49,470 bases of DNA from an uncultured Eubacteriales bacterium. Lineage in GTDB: Bacteria; Bacillota; Clostridia; Christensenellales; CAG-138. The stretch lies in the NCBI GenBank assembly GCA_900318745.1, contig ONMC01000001.1:1-49470 (forward strand), in the 5' to 3' direction. The translations under genes were made by a program, and so were the position numbers. Under the pieces are notes generated by a model. It ran no database searches and was not told the DNA's origin. It worked only from the letters and a program-made list of their open reading frames with translations. Every line of letters starts with the position of its first letter. The stretch's first letter is position 1. Positions 28,292 to 38,943 of this stretch are shown piece after piece.

Positions 28292-29572
28292 TTATTCCTC
28301 TTCCACGCGCACGATGTCCGCGCCGATCGCCTTGAATTTCGAATCGAGATACTCGTAGCCGCGGTCGATATAGCCGATGTTGTGCACGCGCGTTTCGCCG
28401 TGGCTCATCAGCCCCGCAACGATCAGCGCCGCGCCTGCGCGCAGGTCGCTTGCATAGATGTCCGTACCGCGCAGCACGTCCACGCCCTTGACGCGCGCAA
28501 CGCGCTTGGACAGCGAAATGCTCGCGCCGAGCTTGCGCAGCTCCTTGACGTGGTTGAAGCGGCTTTCGAAAATGTTCTCCGTGATGACGCTCGTGCCCGA
28601 CGCGGTCGTAAGATACGCCATCATCGGCTGCTGCAGATCGGTCGGAAAGCCCGGATACACCATCGTGCGGAAGCTGACCGGACGCGGGCGGTCGTTCATC
28701 GAAACGCGCAGGAAAAAGTCGCGTCCGTCGTCGCCCTCGATCACGCGCGCGCCGCTCTCCATGAGCTTTGCGGAGATCGCTTCCATATGCGTCGGGATGA
28801 CGTTCTTGATCACCACGTCGCCGCGCGTCGCCGCCGCCGCGATCATGTATGTGCCGGTCTCGATCTGATCGGGAATGATCGAATACGAACAGCCGTGCAG
28901 CCGTTTTCTGCCCTGGATGCGGATCACGTCGGTGCCCGCGCCGCGAACGGACGCGCCCATCATGTTCAAAAAGTTCGCCACGTCGACGACGTGCGGTTCC
29001 TTTGCGACATTCTGGAGCACGGTCGTGCCCTCCGCGCGGCATGCCGCGAGCATGACGTTGATCGTCGCGCCGACGGAAACGACGTCGAAGAAGATCTCCG
29101 CGCCTTTCAGCTTCGTCGCCTGTGCGCGCAGCACGTTGCGGCTCTCGTCCATGTAGATCTTGGCGCCGAGCGCGCGCATGCCCTTGATGTGCTGATCGAT
29201 CGGACGCGGTCCGATCACGCAGCCGCCCGGCAGCGCCAGTTCGATCTCGCCGAACGAGCCGAGCATCGCGCCCAGAAGATAGTACGATGCACGCATCGAA
29301 CTGACCTTGTCGCTCGTGGCGTCATGCGTGTCGATCGTCGTCGGATCGATGCGCATGCAGCCTCCCTCGGTCATGTCGACCTTGGCGCCGAGTCCTTCGA
29401 GGATCTCCTTTAAGCTCTCTACGTCCGCGATGTTCGGCAGATTCTCAAGCACGCAGGGCTCGCCTGCCAATACCGCCGCGGGAATGATCGCGACCGCCGC
29501 GTTCTTCGCTCCGCTGATCGTGACCGTCCCTTCCAGCCGCCTGCCTCCGTGAATACTGTAAAACGAATCCAT
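28292..29572 (-). CDS. murA: UDP-N-acetylglucosamine 1-carboxyvinyltransferase
   Basis: GAKNA, MRASYY, PGGCVIGPRP (Cys retained), SVGAT, GFPTDLQ, DLRAG, IDRGY. Confidence 0.97.
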   Translation of the reverse strand: MDSFYSIHGGRRLEGTVTISGAKNAAVAIIPAAVLAGEPCVLENLPNIADVESLKEILEGLGAKVDMTEGGCMRIDPTTIDTHDATSDKVSSMRASYYLLGAMLGSFGEIELALPGGCVIGPRPIDQHIKGMRALGAKIYMDESRNVLRAQATKLKGAEIFFDVVSVGATINVMLAACRAEGTTVLQNVAKEPHVVDVANFLNMMGASVRGAGTDVIRIQGRKRLHGCSYSIIPDQIETGTYMIAAAATRGDVVIKNVIPTHMEAISAKLMESGARVIEGDDGRDFFLRVSMNDRPRPVSFRTMVYPGFPTDLQQPMMAYLTTASGTSVITENIFESRFNHVKELRKLGASISLSKRVARVKGVDVLRGTDIYASDLRAGAALIVAGLMSHGETRVHNIGYIDRGYEYLDSKFKAIGADIVRVEEE

Positions 29573-29616
29573 AGTCCGTCCTTGTCTTTGCTGTCCGCAA
29601 AAAAGTCTTATTTATT

Positions 29617-29645
29617 AGTGTAGCCGATTTTCCGCCGCGCGTCAA
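29617..29645 (-). promoter_or_regulatory. sigma-A promoter of murA operon
   Basis: TTGACG-17 nt-TACACT, -35 overlapping the upstream stop codon. Confidence 0.65.
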
Positions 29646-30490
29646 CTGTCCGCGCCCCATTCGACGCCGTATTGTTCGCCCCACTGCCGGAACGTGCCGT
29701 TTCTCTGCCAGTCATAGAACGCTTCGTCGCACAGATCGATCAGCACCGAGTCTTTTTTCGCGATCGCATAGTACGGGATCGTTCCGATCGCAAACGGCAG
29801 GATCTTCGTGCGCGATTCGTGCCAGGTGATCGCGACCGTGCGCGGCACGCACACCGCGTCGACCGTCTGCGCGCGCAGCATCACGCGCATCGAATAGTAA
29901 TCCGCCGCGCGTTTGATCACCAGCTCCGGCTCGGTCTTTTCGAGATACCGGTCCAGCAGCGTTTCCGCCGGCGTGTCCTGCAGAACGGCGACCGTCTTGC
30001 CCTTGAGCGAATCGAACACATCGTAACCGACCACCACGCAGTCGTCCGTAAAGAACGGCGTCGTGCTGTGCTCGAATCCTTCCTCCGGGAACGCCTGCAT
30101 GCTCATGATCGCAAGGTCGATCTCGCCGTCGCTCATGCGCCACGGCGCGGCATACCGGTCGACCGGCGTCAAGGATACGCCCTCGACGTCGCCGAAGATC
30201 AGCGTGCCGAGCCCCTCCGCGACCGCGCGTTCATAGCCCGTGCCGTTCTGATACATGCCCTCGAGGTCGGTATCGACGCCGACGCGCAGCACGCCCGCGC
30301 TCCGCAGAACGTCCAGCTCCGCGCTCGACAGCACCGTGTCGGTCGGGCGGTTGATCAGAACGAGAACGGCAAGCAGCAGCACCGCGACCGTCGCGACAAG
30401 GATCGGCTTGATCGGCAGCCGCTCCTGCCATCCGGGACGCAGGATGTGCTTCTTTTTCGGTTTGAGGGACTGGTTGAACTTGGTTTCCAT
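29642..30490 (-). CDS. Membrane-anchored polar-amino-acid type (SBP family 3) binding-domain protein, orphan
   Basis: TM helix then GVLRVGV, GEIDLAI, SLKGKTVAVLQDT, VDAV; no adjacent permease; TGnTATAAT 7 nt before ATG. Confidence 0.75.
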   Translation of the reverse strand: METKFNQSLKPKKKHILRPGWQERLPIKPILVATVAVLLLAVLVLINRPTDTVLSSAELDVLRSAGVLRVGVDTDLEGMYQNGTGYERAVAEGLGTLIFGDVEGVSLTPVDRYAAPWRMSDGEIDLAIMSMQAFPEEGFEHSTTPFFTDDCVVVGYDVFDSLKGKTVAVLQDTPAETLLDRYLEKTEPELVIKRAADYYSMRVMLRAQTVDAVCVPRTVAITWHESRTKILPFAIGTIPYYAIAKKDSVLIDLCDEAFYDWQRNGTFRQWGEQYGVEWGADS

Positions 30491-30593
30491 TTGGTTTATT
30501 ATAACAGACTTTATGTAAATAGAAAAGACAAAGCTATACAAAAAGCCAAAAGAATTGTATAATAAGGTATCTTTCACCGAAAAGGAGCATGCC

Positions 30594-31115
30594 ATGCGCT
30601 TATTCATCGCCGTACCGCTGCCGAAGGACGTGCAGCGCGCCGTCTGGTCCGTACAGGAGGAGTTGCTGAGAGAAAGCACGGCGGGTCGGTTCGTTCCGCA
30701 GGGAAACCACCACATCACCGTCCGATTTCTCGGCGAGAGCAACGCGCTTGCGGACATCGCGGACGCGATGCACGAGGCGGTGAAGGACGCGCGTCCGTTT
30801 CTTCTGCGGCTCGGCGAACTCGGCTCCTTTTCGCACGGCGGCGCGCGGACGAGTTATCTTTCCGCCGTCGGGGATCTTGACGAGCTGTACCGGATCAAGG
30901 AAACGCTCGACGCCGCGCTTTCGGACCGCGGACTGATCGGCGCAAAGAACCGGCTCGTTCCGCATATCACGCTTGCGCGCGCCGTCGAGCACGGCGACCT
31001 GTCGCGCATCGCGATCCCGAACACGGCGTTTACCGTCCGCTCGATCGTGCTGTTCGAAAGCACGAACGAACACGGACGCATGGTTTATACGCCGGTACAC
31101 ACCGAGACGTTTTAG
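30594..31115 (+). CDS. thpR: RNA 2',3'-cyclic phosphodiesterase (2H family)
   Basis: MRLFIAV, HITVRFLG and PHITLAR 2H motifs; AAGGAG RBS; TATAAT at 30558. Confidence 0.9.
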   Translation: MRLFIAVPLPKDVQRAVWSVQEELLRESTAGRFVPQGNHHITVRFLGESNALADIADAMHEAVKDARPFLLRLGELGSFSHGGARTSYLSAVGDLDELYRIKETLDAALSDRGLIGAKNRLVPHITLARAVEHGDLSRIAIPNTAFTVRSIVLFESTNEHGRMVYTPVHTETF

Positions 31116-31123
31116 GAGGCAGC

Positions 31124-34100
31124 ATGGGCGGATTGACCGTATACCGGGGCGGCGCGCACACCGGAAAGAGCACGGCGCTGTACCGGCATCTGAAAGAACA
31201 TATGGAGCGCGGCGAGCACGCGATCCTGCTCGTGCCCGAGCAGGCGACCTACGCCGCGGAAAAACAGCTCGTCGGCATGCTCGGCGGGCTTTTGGGTGTG
31301 GAAGTGTACAGCTTCGAGCGCTTTTCGGAGCGTCTTCTGGAGCGGTTTTCCAAGGTGCGCCCGTTTCTGTCCGTTGAGGGACGGCACATGATCCTGCGCC
31401 GCGCGGCGTACAAAAACCGCGGCGCGCTGACCGTATTCTCGCGCGTGTCCGAACGACGCGGCTTTGCCGAGTCGATGGACCAGTGGATCGGCCGCATGAA
31501 GCAAAGCTGCATCACGCCCGAACAGCTCGAAGACGCGCTCCGAAAGCTGGACCCCGATTCGCTCCTTTCGCGCAAGCTGCACGACATGCTCCTTCTGTAT
31601 CGCGACAGCGAGCGGTTCATGAAGGATCGCTATCTTTCCGCGCAGGATCTTCTGACCGAGGTGCTGGACGTGCTGCCGCAAGCGGACCTTGCGCACACGT
31701 ATGTGTATATCGACGAGCTCGACCGCCCGCGCGAGCAGGTGACGCGCCTTTTGCACGCGATCCTCCTGCACGCGAAGCATGTGACGATCACGATCCGCGC
31801 CGAGCGGGACCCGGCTCTTGCCGCGCTGTTTCAACCGGAAACGGAACGCGCCGAAGCGCTTCGGGCATTCTGCGCCGAGCACGGGCTTACGTACGCGGAA
31901 CGCGAGTTTTCGGCGCAAAGCGCAAAGGTCGATCCCGCGCTGCTGCATGCGGGACGGCAGCTGTTCTCCTCCGATCCCAAACCGTACCCCGAGGCGACCG
32001 ACGCGGTGACGGTCACGGGCTATGCGACGCAGGCGCTGGAAGCGGAAGAGACCGCGAACCGCATTCTTGCGTTGGTGCGCGATCACGGGATGCGTTACAG
32101 CGACATTGCGATCGTTGCTTCGTCGCTCGAAACATACGGACCGCTGCTGCGCCGCGCCTGCCGCATCCGCAAGATTCCGCTGTTTTTCGACGCGTCGCGC
32201 CCGATCCTCGGACACGCGGCGACCGATTTCGTACTGTCCTCGGTGCGCGCCGCCGCGTCCGGACTGAATGTCAACGACCTGCTGCACATCTTAAAGAGCG
32301 GGTATGCGAACGTCGACGCCGCGGACACGGAGCATCTCGAAAACTATCTTTTGCGCTACGGACTGTACGGCAGCGCGCTCACCGCACCGCTGTCGATCGG
32401 CGAAGTGCCGGACGGAGCGGAACGCGCGCGCGCCGCGATCGTGCCGAAGCTGACTTCGCTCAAGGAATCGCTTCTCAAAAAAACCGCCTCCGAAAAGGTG
32501 CGCGGACTGTATGCATACCTGAAGGGCGCGGACCTGCGCGGTCAGCTGAAGGCGGAGGCGGATGCGCTGCTCGAAGCGGGCGAATCGCAGGACGCGCAGA
32601 CCTATGCGCAGATGTGGAACACGCTCATGACGCTGCTGATGCAGATCGATGCGATCATGGGCGATACGGAAATGGGCATGAAGGAATTCTGCGCGCTGCT
32701 CGAGGAGGGACTTTCGAGCTATTCGATCGGCATTCTGCCGGGCAGCGCGGATCAGGTCGTGCTCGGCGATCTCGTGCGCACGCGGCTGTCGCGCTGCAGG
32801 GCGCTGTTTCTTCTCGGGTGCAACGAAGGCGTGTTCCCGCCCTCGAGAAGCGACGACGCGCTGCTGAACAACGCGGAGCTCCGCCGCATGTCCGACGCGG
32901 GACTTTCCGTGTGGGGCGATACGACGATGCTTTCGCGCGCGGACCGGCTGCAGCTCTATACGCTGTTGACCAAGGCGACCGAGCGGCTTCATTTTTCCTA
33001 CGCATGCTCCGACGGGCACGGTGATCTGACCGCTTCCCCGCTGCTGCGCGCCGCGGAGGATCTGTTCCCGCATCGGAAAACGGCGATCGTGCTGTCGCCG
33101 GAGGACCCGCTGCCGCCGAACGAGGAGGTCGGTTTTTCCGTGCTCAGCGACGCGCTGCGCGAATACCGCGCGGACGGAACGGTGCGGCTGATGCTGCCCG
33201 CGCTGTACGATCGGTTCATGAACGATCCCGACACGCGCGAACGCGCCGATGCGCTGTACCGTACGCGCGCGCTGATGCACGACCGCGTCCTGCTGGATCG
33301 GACGACGGCGCGGCGGCTGTACGGCGACGCGCCGATGATGAGCGCGAGCCGTCTCGAGCAGTTTGCGCGGTGCCCGTTTGCGCAGTATCTGAAGCACGGT
33401 CTGCGCGCCGAGGAACGCAAGGAAGCGACCGAACGCGCGGACAACGTGGGCACGTTCCTGCACGACGCGCTCGATGCGTTCGTCAAGGCGGCGCAGAACG
33501 ACGGCGCGGACCTCAAATCGATGACGCAGCAGCAGGCGGACGCGATCCTCGACCGCATCCTGCCGCCGCTGATCGCGGAACACAACGACGGGATCTTTAC
33601 GCGAAATGCGCGTCTGCACGAAGCGCTGATCGTGAAGCTCCGGCTGATCCGCTGGTGCGTATACTCGCTTTTGCGGCAGCTCCGGGAAGGCCGGTTCACC
33701 GTCGCGGCGACCGAGGCAAGCTTCGGTACGGAAGGCGGGCTCGACCCCGTTACGCTTACGCTGCGCGACGGAACGCGCGTGAAGCTGCACGGCAAGATCG
33801 ACCGCATCGACCGCACGGACGACGGCTCGATGTTCCGCATCGTGGATTATAAAACGGGCAGAAGCCACACCTTCGACCCGACGAAATTCCGAAGCGGCGA
33901 AACGATCCAGCTTCCGCTGTATCTGGAGGCCGCAAAACAGCTCGGCGGCGAAGCGGTCGGCATGTACTATATGCCGCTGACCGCCGATCCGCCCGAATCC
34001 GAGGATGAAACGCCGACGCATCTGCTGTCCGGCATCACCGCGAACGACCCGGACGCGATCGCGGCGAGTGATCCGCACCTTGTAAAGCGCTCGACGCTGA

Positions 34101-34375
34101 TCCGCAAGCTGACGCTGAAAAAGGACGGCTCGTTCGGCGGCGATCTCCTCTCGCGCGAACAGATCGAAGCGCTGAAGGATCTGGCGCTTTCGGAAGCCGC
34201 AAACGCCGCGCAGCGCATCCTCGACGGCGAAGCGGACATCTGCCCGACCGAGAGCGCATGCACGTACTGCCCGTACGACGCGGTATGCCGGTTCGACCGG
34301 CAGCTCGGATGCCGCACGCGATACGTTCCGAAGACCGAACTTTCGGAGCTTTTGAAGGAAGGTGATCCGTCATGA
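31124..34375 (+). CDS. addB: ATP-dependent helicase/nuclease subunit B
   Basis: G.AHTGKS, LLVPEQ, SASRLE.F.RCPF, GKIDRID..IVDYK, QLPLY, CTYCPYDAVC Fe-S cysteines. Confidence 0.92.
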   Translation: MGGLTVYRGGAHTGKSTALYRHLKEHMERGEHAILLVPEQATYAAEKQLVGMLGGLLGVEVYSFERFSERLLERFSKVRPFLSVEGRHMILRRAAYKNRGALTVFSRVSERRGFAESMDQWIGRMKQSCITPEQLEDALRKLDPDSLLSRKLHDMLLLYRDSERFMKDRYLSAQDLLTEVLDVLPQADLAHTYVYIDELDRPREQVTRLLHAILLHAKHVTITIRAERDPALAALFQPETERAEALRAFCAEHGLTYAEREFSAQSAKVDPALLHAGRQLFSSDPKPYPEATDAVTVTGYATQALEAEETANRILALVRDHGMRYSDIAIVASSLETYGPLLRRACRIRKIPLFFDASRPILGHAATDFVLSSVRAAASGLNVNDLLHILKSGYANVDAADTEHLENYLLRYGLYGSALTAPLSIGEVPDGAERARAAIVPKLTSLKESLLKKTASEKVRGLYAYLKGADLRGQLKAEADALLEAGESQDAQTYAQMWNTLMTLLMQIDAIMGDTEMGMKEFCALLEEGLSSYSIGILPGSADQVVLGDLVRTRLSRCRALFLLGCNEGVFPPSRSDDALLNNAELRRMSDAGLSVWGDTTMLSRADRLQLYTLLTKATERLHFSYACSDGHGDLTASPLLRAAEDLFPHRKTAIVLSPEDPLPPNEEVGFSVLSDALREYRADGTVRLMLPALYDRFMNDPDTRERADALYRTRALMHDRVLLDRTTARRLYGDAPMMSASRLEQFARCPFAQYLKHGLRAEERKEATERADNVGTFLHDALDAFVKAAQNDGADLKSMTQQQADAILDRILPPLIAEHNDGIFTRNARLHEALIVKLRLIRWCVYSLLRQLREGRFTVAATEASFGTEGGLDPVTLTLRDGTRVKLHGKIDRIDRTDDGSMFRIVDYKTGRSHTFDPTKFRSGETIQLPLYLEAAKQLGGEAVGMYYMPLTADPPESEDETPTHLLSGITANDPDAIAASDPHLVKRSTLIRKLTLKKDGSFGGDLLSREQIEALKDLALSEAANAAQRILDGEADICPTESACTYCPYDAVCRFDRQLGCRTRYVPKTELSELLKEGDPS

Positions 34376-37300
34376 ACTTTACCGATGCACAGCGGCAGGC
34401 GATCGACCGCAACGGAAATCTGATCGTCTCGGCGGCGGCCGGCGCGGGCAAGACGTCCGTGCTGAGCGAGCGCGTGTTCCGCCTCGTTTCGGAGGGCATG
34501 TCCGTTGAACGGATGCTGATCCTGACCTTTACGCGCGCCGCGGCGGGCGAGATGAAGGCGCGCATCACCCGGCGGCTGATGAAGGCCGCGCAGGAGGACG
34601 GCGCGCGCGCCGCGTACTATCGCGAGCAGGCGGCGCTCGTTCCGAACGCAAACATCTCCACGATCGACGCTTTCTGCTCGAAGATCGTGTTCCGTCACTT
34701 CTTCCGCGTGGGGCTCACGCCGTCGTGCAAGACGCTCGACGAGACCGAAGCCGAGGTGCTGCGCGCAAAGACGCGCGGCGACGTGCTGGACGACTTTGCC
34801 GCAAACGGCGCAGACGCATACCGGACGCTGATCATGGCGTTCGGTTCCGAACCGTCTCTGATCGAAGCGATGCAGAGCGCCGAGCGGTTCCTCTGCGCGC
34901 AGCCCGATCCCGACGGATGGCTTGCGCAGGCGAACGCGGACCTCGACGATCCAAAAGCGCTGAAGCGGCAGCTTTCTTTTACGCTTGAAACCGATCGCGC
35001 CGCGCTGGAGCGGCATCTCATTGAGCTCGACCGGCAGGCGGCGCTGCTGCCGCCCGCGTGCGAAAAGGTGCTGTCGCTCGTTTCGCAGCTTCTGGTGCAC
35101 GGACGCGGCGCGCTGCTGCAGACCGACCGCGACGCATACCGCGACGCGCTTTCCGGGCTGCTTTCCGTGACCGGCAGCCTTTCCTGGCCGAAGGATTTTT
35201 CGCCCGAAGACAAGGCGGGCGTCGCGGATGCGAAGTCCGATCTTCTGAAGCTTGCGAAGGAGCAGGCCGAACGGTGCGCCGTGCCGTTCGACGAATGGCT
35301 GCGCCGCGAAGCCGAGGCGGCGCCGGTGCTTTCGGCGTTTTACGCGCTGATGCGCCGCTATCTCGACGCATTCGCCGCGGCGAAGCGAGCCGAAAACGCA
35401 TTGGATTTCTCCGATCTCGAACACATGACGATCGAGATCTTAAAGGACGACGAGATCGCCGCGGAGTACCGCGCGCGCTTCTCTGCCGTCATCGTAGACG
35501 AATATCAGGACAGCAACCGCGTGCAGGAAACGATCCTGAACCGCATCGCGCCGAAGGACGCGTTCTTCTTTGTGGGCGACGTAAAGCAGTCGATCTATCG
35601 CTTCCGCATGGCGGAGCCGGAGCTGTTTCTTGAAAAATGCCGTGATTTTCACGGCGACGCCGGCACGCGCATCGACCTCGGGCATAATTTCCGCTCCGGA
35701 AAGGCCGTGATCGACGCGGTCAACACGGTGTTCGAAACGATCATGCAGGAGTCGATCGCCGAGATTGATTATGACGCGCGCGCACGCCTTCTGCAGGGCG
35801 CAGCGGACGCGCCTGACGGCAAGGCGGAACTGCATCTCTTTTCGCGCGAAGCGGATCCCGACGACGGCGAGGGTCTGGAGGACGCGGAGGCGGAAGCGCG
35901 CTTCGCGGCGCAGACGATCCTTTCGCGCATGCGCGAGCCGGTGTACGACGGAGGCAAAACGCGTCCCTGCCGCTACGACGACTTTGCGGTGCTGCTGCGC
36001 AGCAAAAAATACGCCCGCGTGTGGACGCAGACGCTGTCGCAGATGGGTGTGCCGTGCTACGCGCAGATGGAAGGCGGCTATTTCGACGCGATCGAAGTCA
36101 AGCTCGTTATGTGCCTGCTCTCCGTGCTCGACAACCGCAGGCAGGACATTCCGCTCGTCGCGGTGCTGCGCTCGCCGCTGTTCGGCTGGAGCGACGACGA
36201 TCTGATCCGCGTGCGCATGCACGACAGGCGCGCGGCGCTTCTGGACTGTCTTCTTGCACTTCGCTCGGACGATAAGGCGGTCGACGCGTTCCTTTCGACC
36301 GTCGAGCGCTGGCAGTCGCTCTCGCGGCGGCTTCCGCTCGGCGATCTGCTTGAAACGATCCTTGACGAAACGCATCTTCGCGAACAGATGAGCGTGCTGA
36401 CCGGCGGCGATCAGCGCGCGGCGAACCTCGATGCGCTCATCGCGCAGGCGCGCAGCTTCGACGCGGCCGGGCTCTCCGGCATCCACGGCTTCCTTCGCTT
36501 CATGGACAACGCAAAGGAAACGCAGCGCCTCGGCGCGGCGGCGACCGTGACCGCGAACGTCGTGCGCATCATGACGGTCCACGCGTCGAAGGGCCTCGAG
36601 TTTCCGTTCGTATTTTTCGGCGCGCTCGGCACGCGCTTTAACCGTCAGGACGAGAGCAAGCCGCTCGTGACGGACGCGCGTCTCGGCGTGGGGCTGCGCT
36701 ATGCGGACCGCTTCGGCGTGCGGCACGAGACCGCGGCGCGCACGAACGTGATCCGCGCGATCTCCGACGCGTCATGGGCGGAAGAACTGCGCGTGCTGTA
36801 CGTCGGCATGACGCGCGCCAAACAGGAACTGTATCTTCTGGGCTCGCTGTCCCATGCCGAAGCGCGCCTTGCCTCGCTTCCGGAACCGACGCCGCTTTCG
36901 ATCCGAAAATGCTCGGATTCCCTGCGGCTTCTGATGCTTTCCCTGAACGGGCACATCACGCCCGTACTGCACAAAAAGAGCGAGTTTTCCGAACCGTCCG
37001 CGCCCGAAGCCGTGGACGGGATCCCGAAGCCGACCGACGCGGAGCGCGAAGCGCTGGACCGGCGCTTTGCATGGCGCTACCCCGTTCCGGTGCGCAGCGC
37101 GATCCCCGAAAAGACGTCCGTCACCTCGCTCGAACAGGCGCAGACGCCGGCCTTTGACGAACCCGCGTTCGAAACCGGCTACGACGTGCTGCTTGCCGGC
37201 AGCGCGGTACACCGCGTGCTCGAGCGCATGCCGCTGCACGATGCGGCGGCGCGGACCGCATACCTGAACGGCGAGCATGCGCTTTCTCCGTTCCATCGCA

Positions 37301-37653
37301 ATGCGATCGAGCACTTTGCGGCGTCGCCGCTCTTTGCGCGCATGTGCGCCGCTTCGCGTGTCGAGCGCGAATGGAGCTTCGTCTGCCCGTTCCCCGCGCG
37401 CGAGCTCGTCGATGCGGACAGCGACGAGCCGATCCTTCTGCAGGGCGTGATCGACGCCTGCTTTGTCGAGGACGGCGCCTGGGTGCTGCTCGATTATAAG
37501 ACCGACCGGGTCGAGGGCGATCCCGCCGTTTATGCGCAAAAGCATGTGCGGCAGGTCGCGCTGTACGCGAAGGTGCTCGAACACATGACGCATCTTCCGG
37601 TCAAAGAGCGATACATCGTCCTGCTCGGCGCGGACGCGGAGGTGCCGGTATGA
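34372..37653 (+). CDS. addA: ATP-dependent helicase/nuclease subunit A
   Basis: SAAAGAGKT, VDEYQD, GDVKQSIYRFR, MTVHASKGLEF, LYVGMTRA, QGVID..LLDYKTD. Confidence 0.95.
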   Translation: MNFTDAQRQAIDRNGNLIVSAAAGAGKTSVLSERVFRLVSEGMSVERMLILTFTRAAAGEMKARITRRLMKAAQEDGARAAYYREQAALVPNANISTIDAFCSKIVFRHFFRVGLTPSCKTLDETEAEVLRAKTRGDVLDDFAANGADAYRTLIMAFGSEPSLIEAMQSAERFLCAQPDPDGWLAQANADLDDPKALKRQLSFTLETDRAALERHLIELDRQAALLPPACEKVLSLVSQLLVHGRGALLQTDRDAYRDALSGLLSVTGSLSWPKDFSPEDKAGVADAKSDLLKLAKEQAERCAVPFDEWLRREAEAAPVLSAFYALMRRYLDAFAAAKRAENALDFSDLEHMTIEILKDDEIAAEYRARFSAVIVDEYQDSNRVQETILNRIAPKDAFFFVGDVKQSIYRFRMAEPELFLEKCRDFHGDAGTRIDLGHNFRSGKAVIDAVNTVFETIMQESIAEIDYDARARLLQGAADAPDGKAELHLFSREADPDDGEGLEDAEAEARFAAQTILSRMREPVYDGGKTRPCRYDDFAVLLRSKKYARVWTQTLSQMGVPCYAQMEGGYFDAIEVKLVMCLLSVLDNRRQDIPLVAVLRSPLFGWSDDDLIRVRMHDRRAALLDCLLALRSDDKAVDAFLSTVERWQSLSRRLPLGDLLETILDETHLREQMSVLTGGDQRAANLDALIAQARSFDAAGLSGIHGFLRFMDNAKETQRLGAAATVTANVVRIMTVHASKGLEFPFVFFGALGTRFNRQDESKPLVTDARLGVGLRYADRFGVRHETAARTNVIRAISDASWAEELRVLYVGMTRAKQELYLLGSLSHAEARLASLPEPTPLSIRKCSDSLRLLMLSLNGHITPVLHKKSEFSEPSAPEAVDGIPKPTDAEREALDRRFAWRYPVPVRSAIPEKTSVTSLEQAQTPAFDEPAFETGYDVLLAGSAVHRVLERMPLHDAAARTAYLNGEHALSPFHRNAIEHFAASPLFARMCAASRVEREWSFVCPFPARELVDADSDEPILLQGVIDACFVEDGAWVLLDYKTDRVEGDPAVYAQKHVRQVALYAKVLEHMTHLPVKERYIVLLGADAEVPV

Positions 37654-38930
37654 GCGCGCGCGTTTACCCCGAAGCGTTTCTCACGCGCATGCAGGCACAG
37701 CTCGGCGCGGACTATCCGGCGTTTTTCGACGCATTGCAGGCGCCGCCGAAGCGGGCGCTGCACGTCAATGCGCAGAAGACGGACTTGAAAACGCTTTCCG
37801 CGCTGCTGAACCTGCCGCTTGCGCCGCTGTCGGAAAACCCCGACGGCGCGGCGGTCCCCGCCGATTTCAACCCGAACGCAGCGCCGTTCCATGCCGCGGG
37901 ACTGTTTTACATGCAGGAGGCGTGCGCGCAGGCGCCCGTCGCCGCGCTGGAGCTTCCGGACGCGCCGGTCGTGCTTGATCTGTGCGCCGCGCCCGGCGGC
38001 AAGAGCACGCAGCTGCTTTCGAAGATGCGCGGCGGCGTGCTGTTTGCAAACGAGATCGTCCCGTCGCGCGCAAACGTGCTGCTCGGCAATCTCGAGCGCA
38101 TGGGCGCGACGAACGCGATCGTTCTGAACTGCGAACCGCATCCGCTGTGCGTTCGGCTGAAGGACCGGTGCGACGCCGTCGTCGTCGACGCGCCGTGCGC
38201 CGGAGAAGCGATGTTCCGCAAGGACGAGACCGCCGTTACGGAGTGGTCGGCCGCGCATGTCGAGGCGTGCGCCGCGCGGCAGCGCGCGATCCTTTCGGAC
38301 GCCGCCGTCGCCGTCAGACCGGGCGGTCGGCTTCTGTATGCCACCTGCTCCTTCTCGGAACAGGAAAACGAACAGACCGTCGCGTGGCTTCTCGAACGGC
38401 GGCCCGATTTTCGCTGCGAAACGATGCGGCGGCTGTATCCGCACACGAGCGCGGGCGAAGGTCAGTTTTACGCGATCCTGGTCCGCGAGGGCGTTCGCGA
38501 GCCGTCCGCGTTTTTTGAAGCGAAGTCCGACCGCGTTCCGCTGTTCGACGCGTTTTGCGCACAGCTTGCACCGCTTTCCGGCACGCTGCGGCTGCTGAAG
38601 GACGGGCGCGTGCTGCTGCTGCCGCCGATGCCGTTTGCATTGGACGGCGTCAAGATCCTGCGCGCGGGGCTGCTGCTCGGCGAATGCAAGGGAACCCGCT
38701 TCGAACCCGCGCACGCGCTGGCGGTCGCCGGCGGAAAAACGCCGTTTTTACGCACCGCGGAGCTGTCGTTCGACGAAGCGATGCGCTATCTCAAAGGCGA
38801 AACGATCGAAAAAGACACGGAAAAGGGCTACGGCGCGGTCACGTACAAGGGGTTCGCGCTCGGGCTTTACAAGGCGTCCGACGGGATGCTGAAGAACCGC
38901 TATCCGAAGGGACTGCGGCTGTTGAAATGA
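37650..38930 (+). CDS. RsmF/RsmB-NOP family rRNA m5C methyltransferase
   Basis: FYMQE, DLCAAPGGKS, DAPC, YATCS, C-terminal KNRYPKGLR. Confidence 0.9.
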   Translation: MSARVYPEAFLTRMQAQLGADYPAFFDALQAPPKRALHVNAQKTDLKTLSALLNLPLAPLSENPDGAAVPADFNPNAAPFHAAGLFYMQEACAQAPVAALELPDAPVVLDLCAAPGGKSTQLLSKMRGGVLFANEIVPSRANVLLGNLERMGATNAIVLNCEPHPLCVRLKDRCDAVVVDAPCAGEAMFRKDETAVTEWSAAHVEACAARQRAILSDAAVAVRPGGRLLYATCSFSEQENEQTVAWLLERRPDFRCETMRRLYPHTSAGEGQFYAILVREGVREPSAFFEAKSDRVPLFDAFCAQLAPLSGTLRLLKDGRVLLLPPMPFALDGVKILRAGLLLGECKGTRFEPAHALAVAGGKTPFLRTAELSFDEAMRYLKGETIEKDTEKGYGAVTYKGFALGLYKASDGMLKNRYPKGLRLLK

Positions 38931-38943
38931 AAGGAACCATCGC

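Noticed and set aside
29205-29235. Fosfomycin-resistant MurA variant
   Set aside because: The active-site Cys is retained (PGGCVIGPRP).
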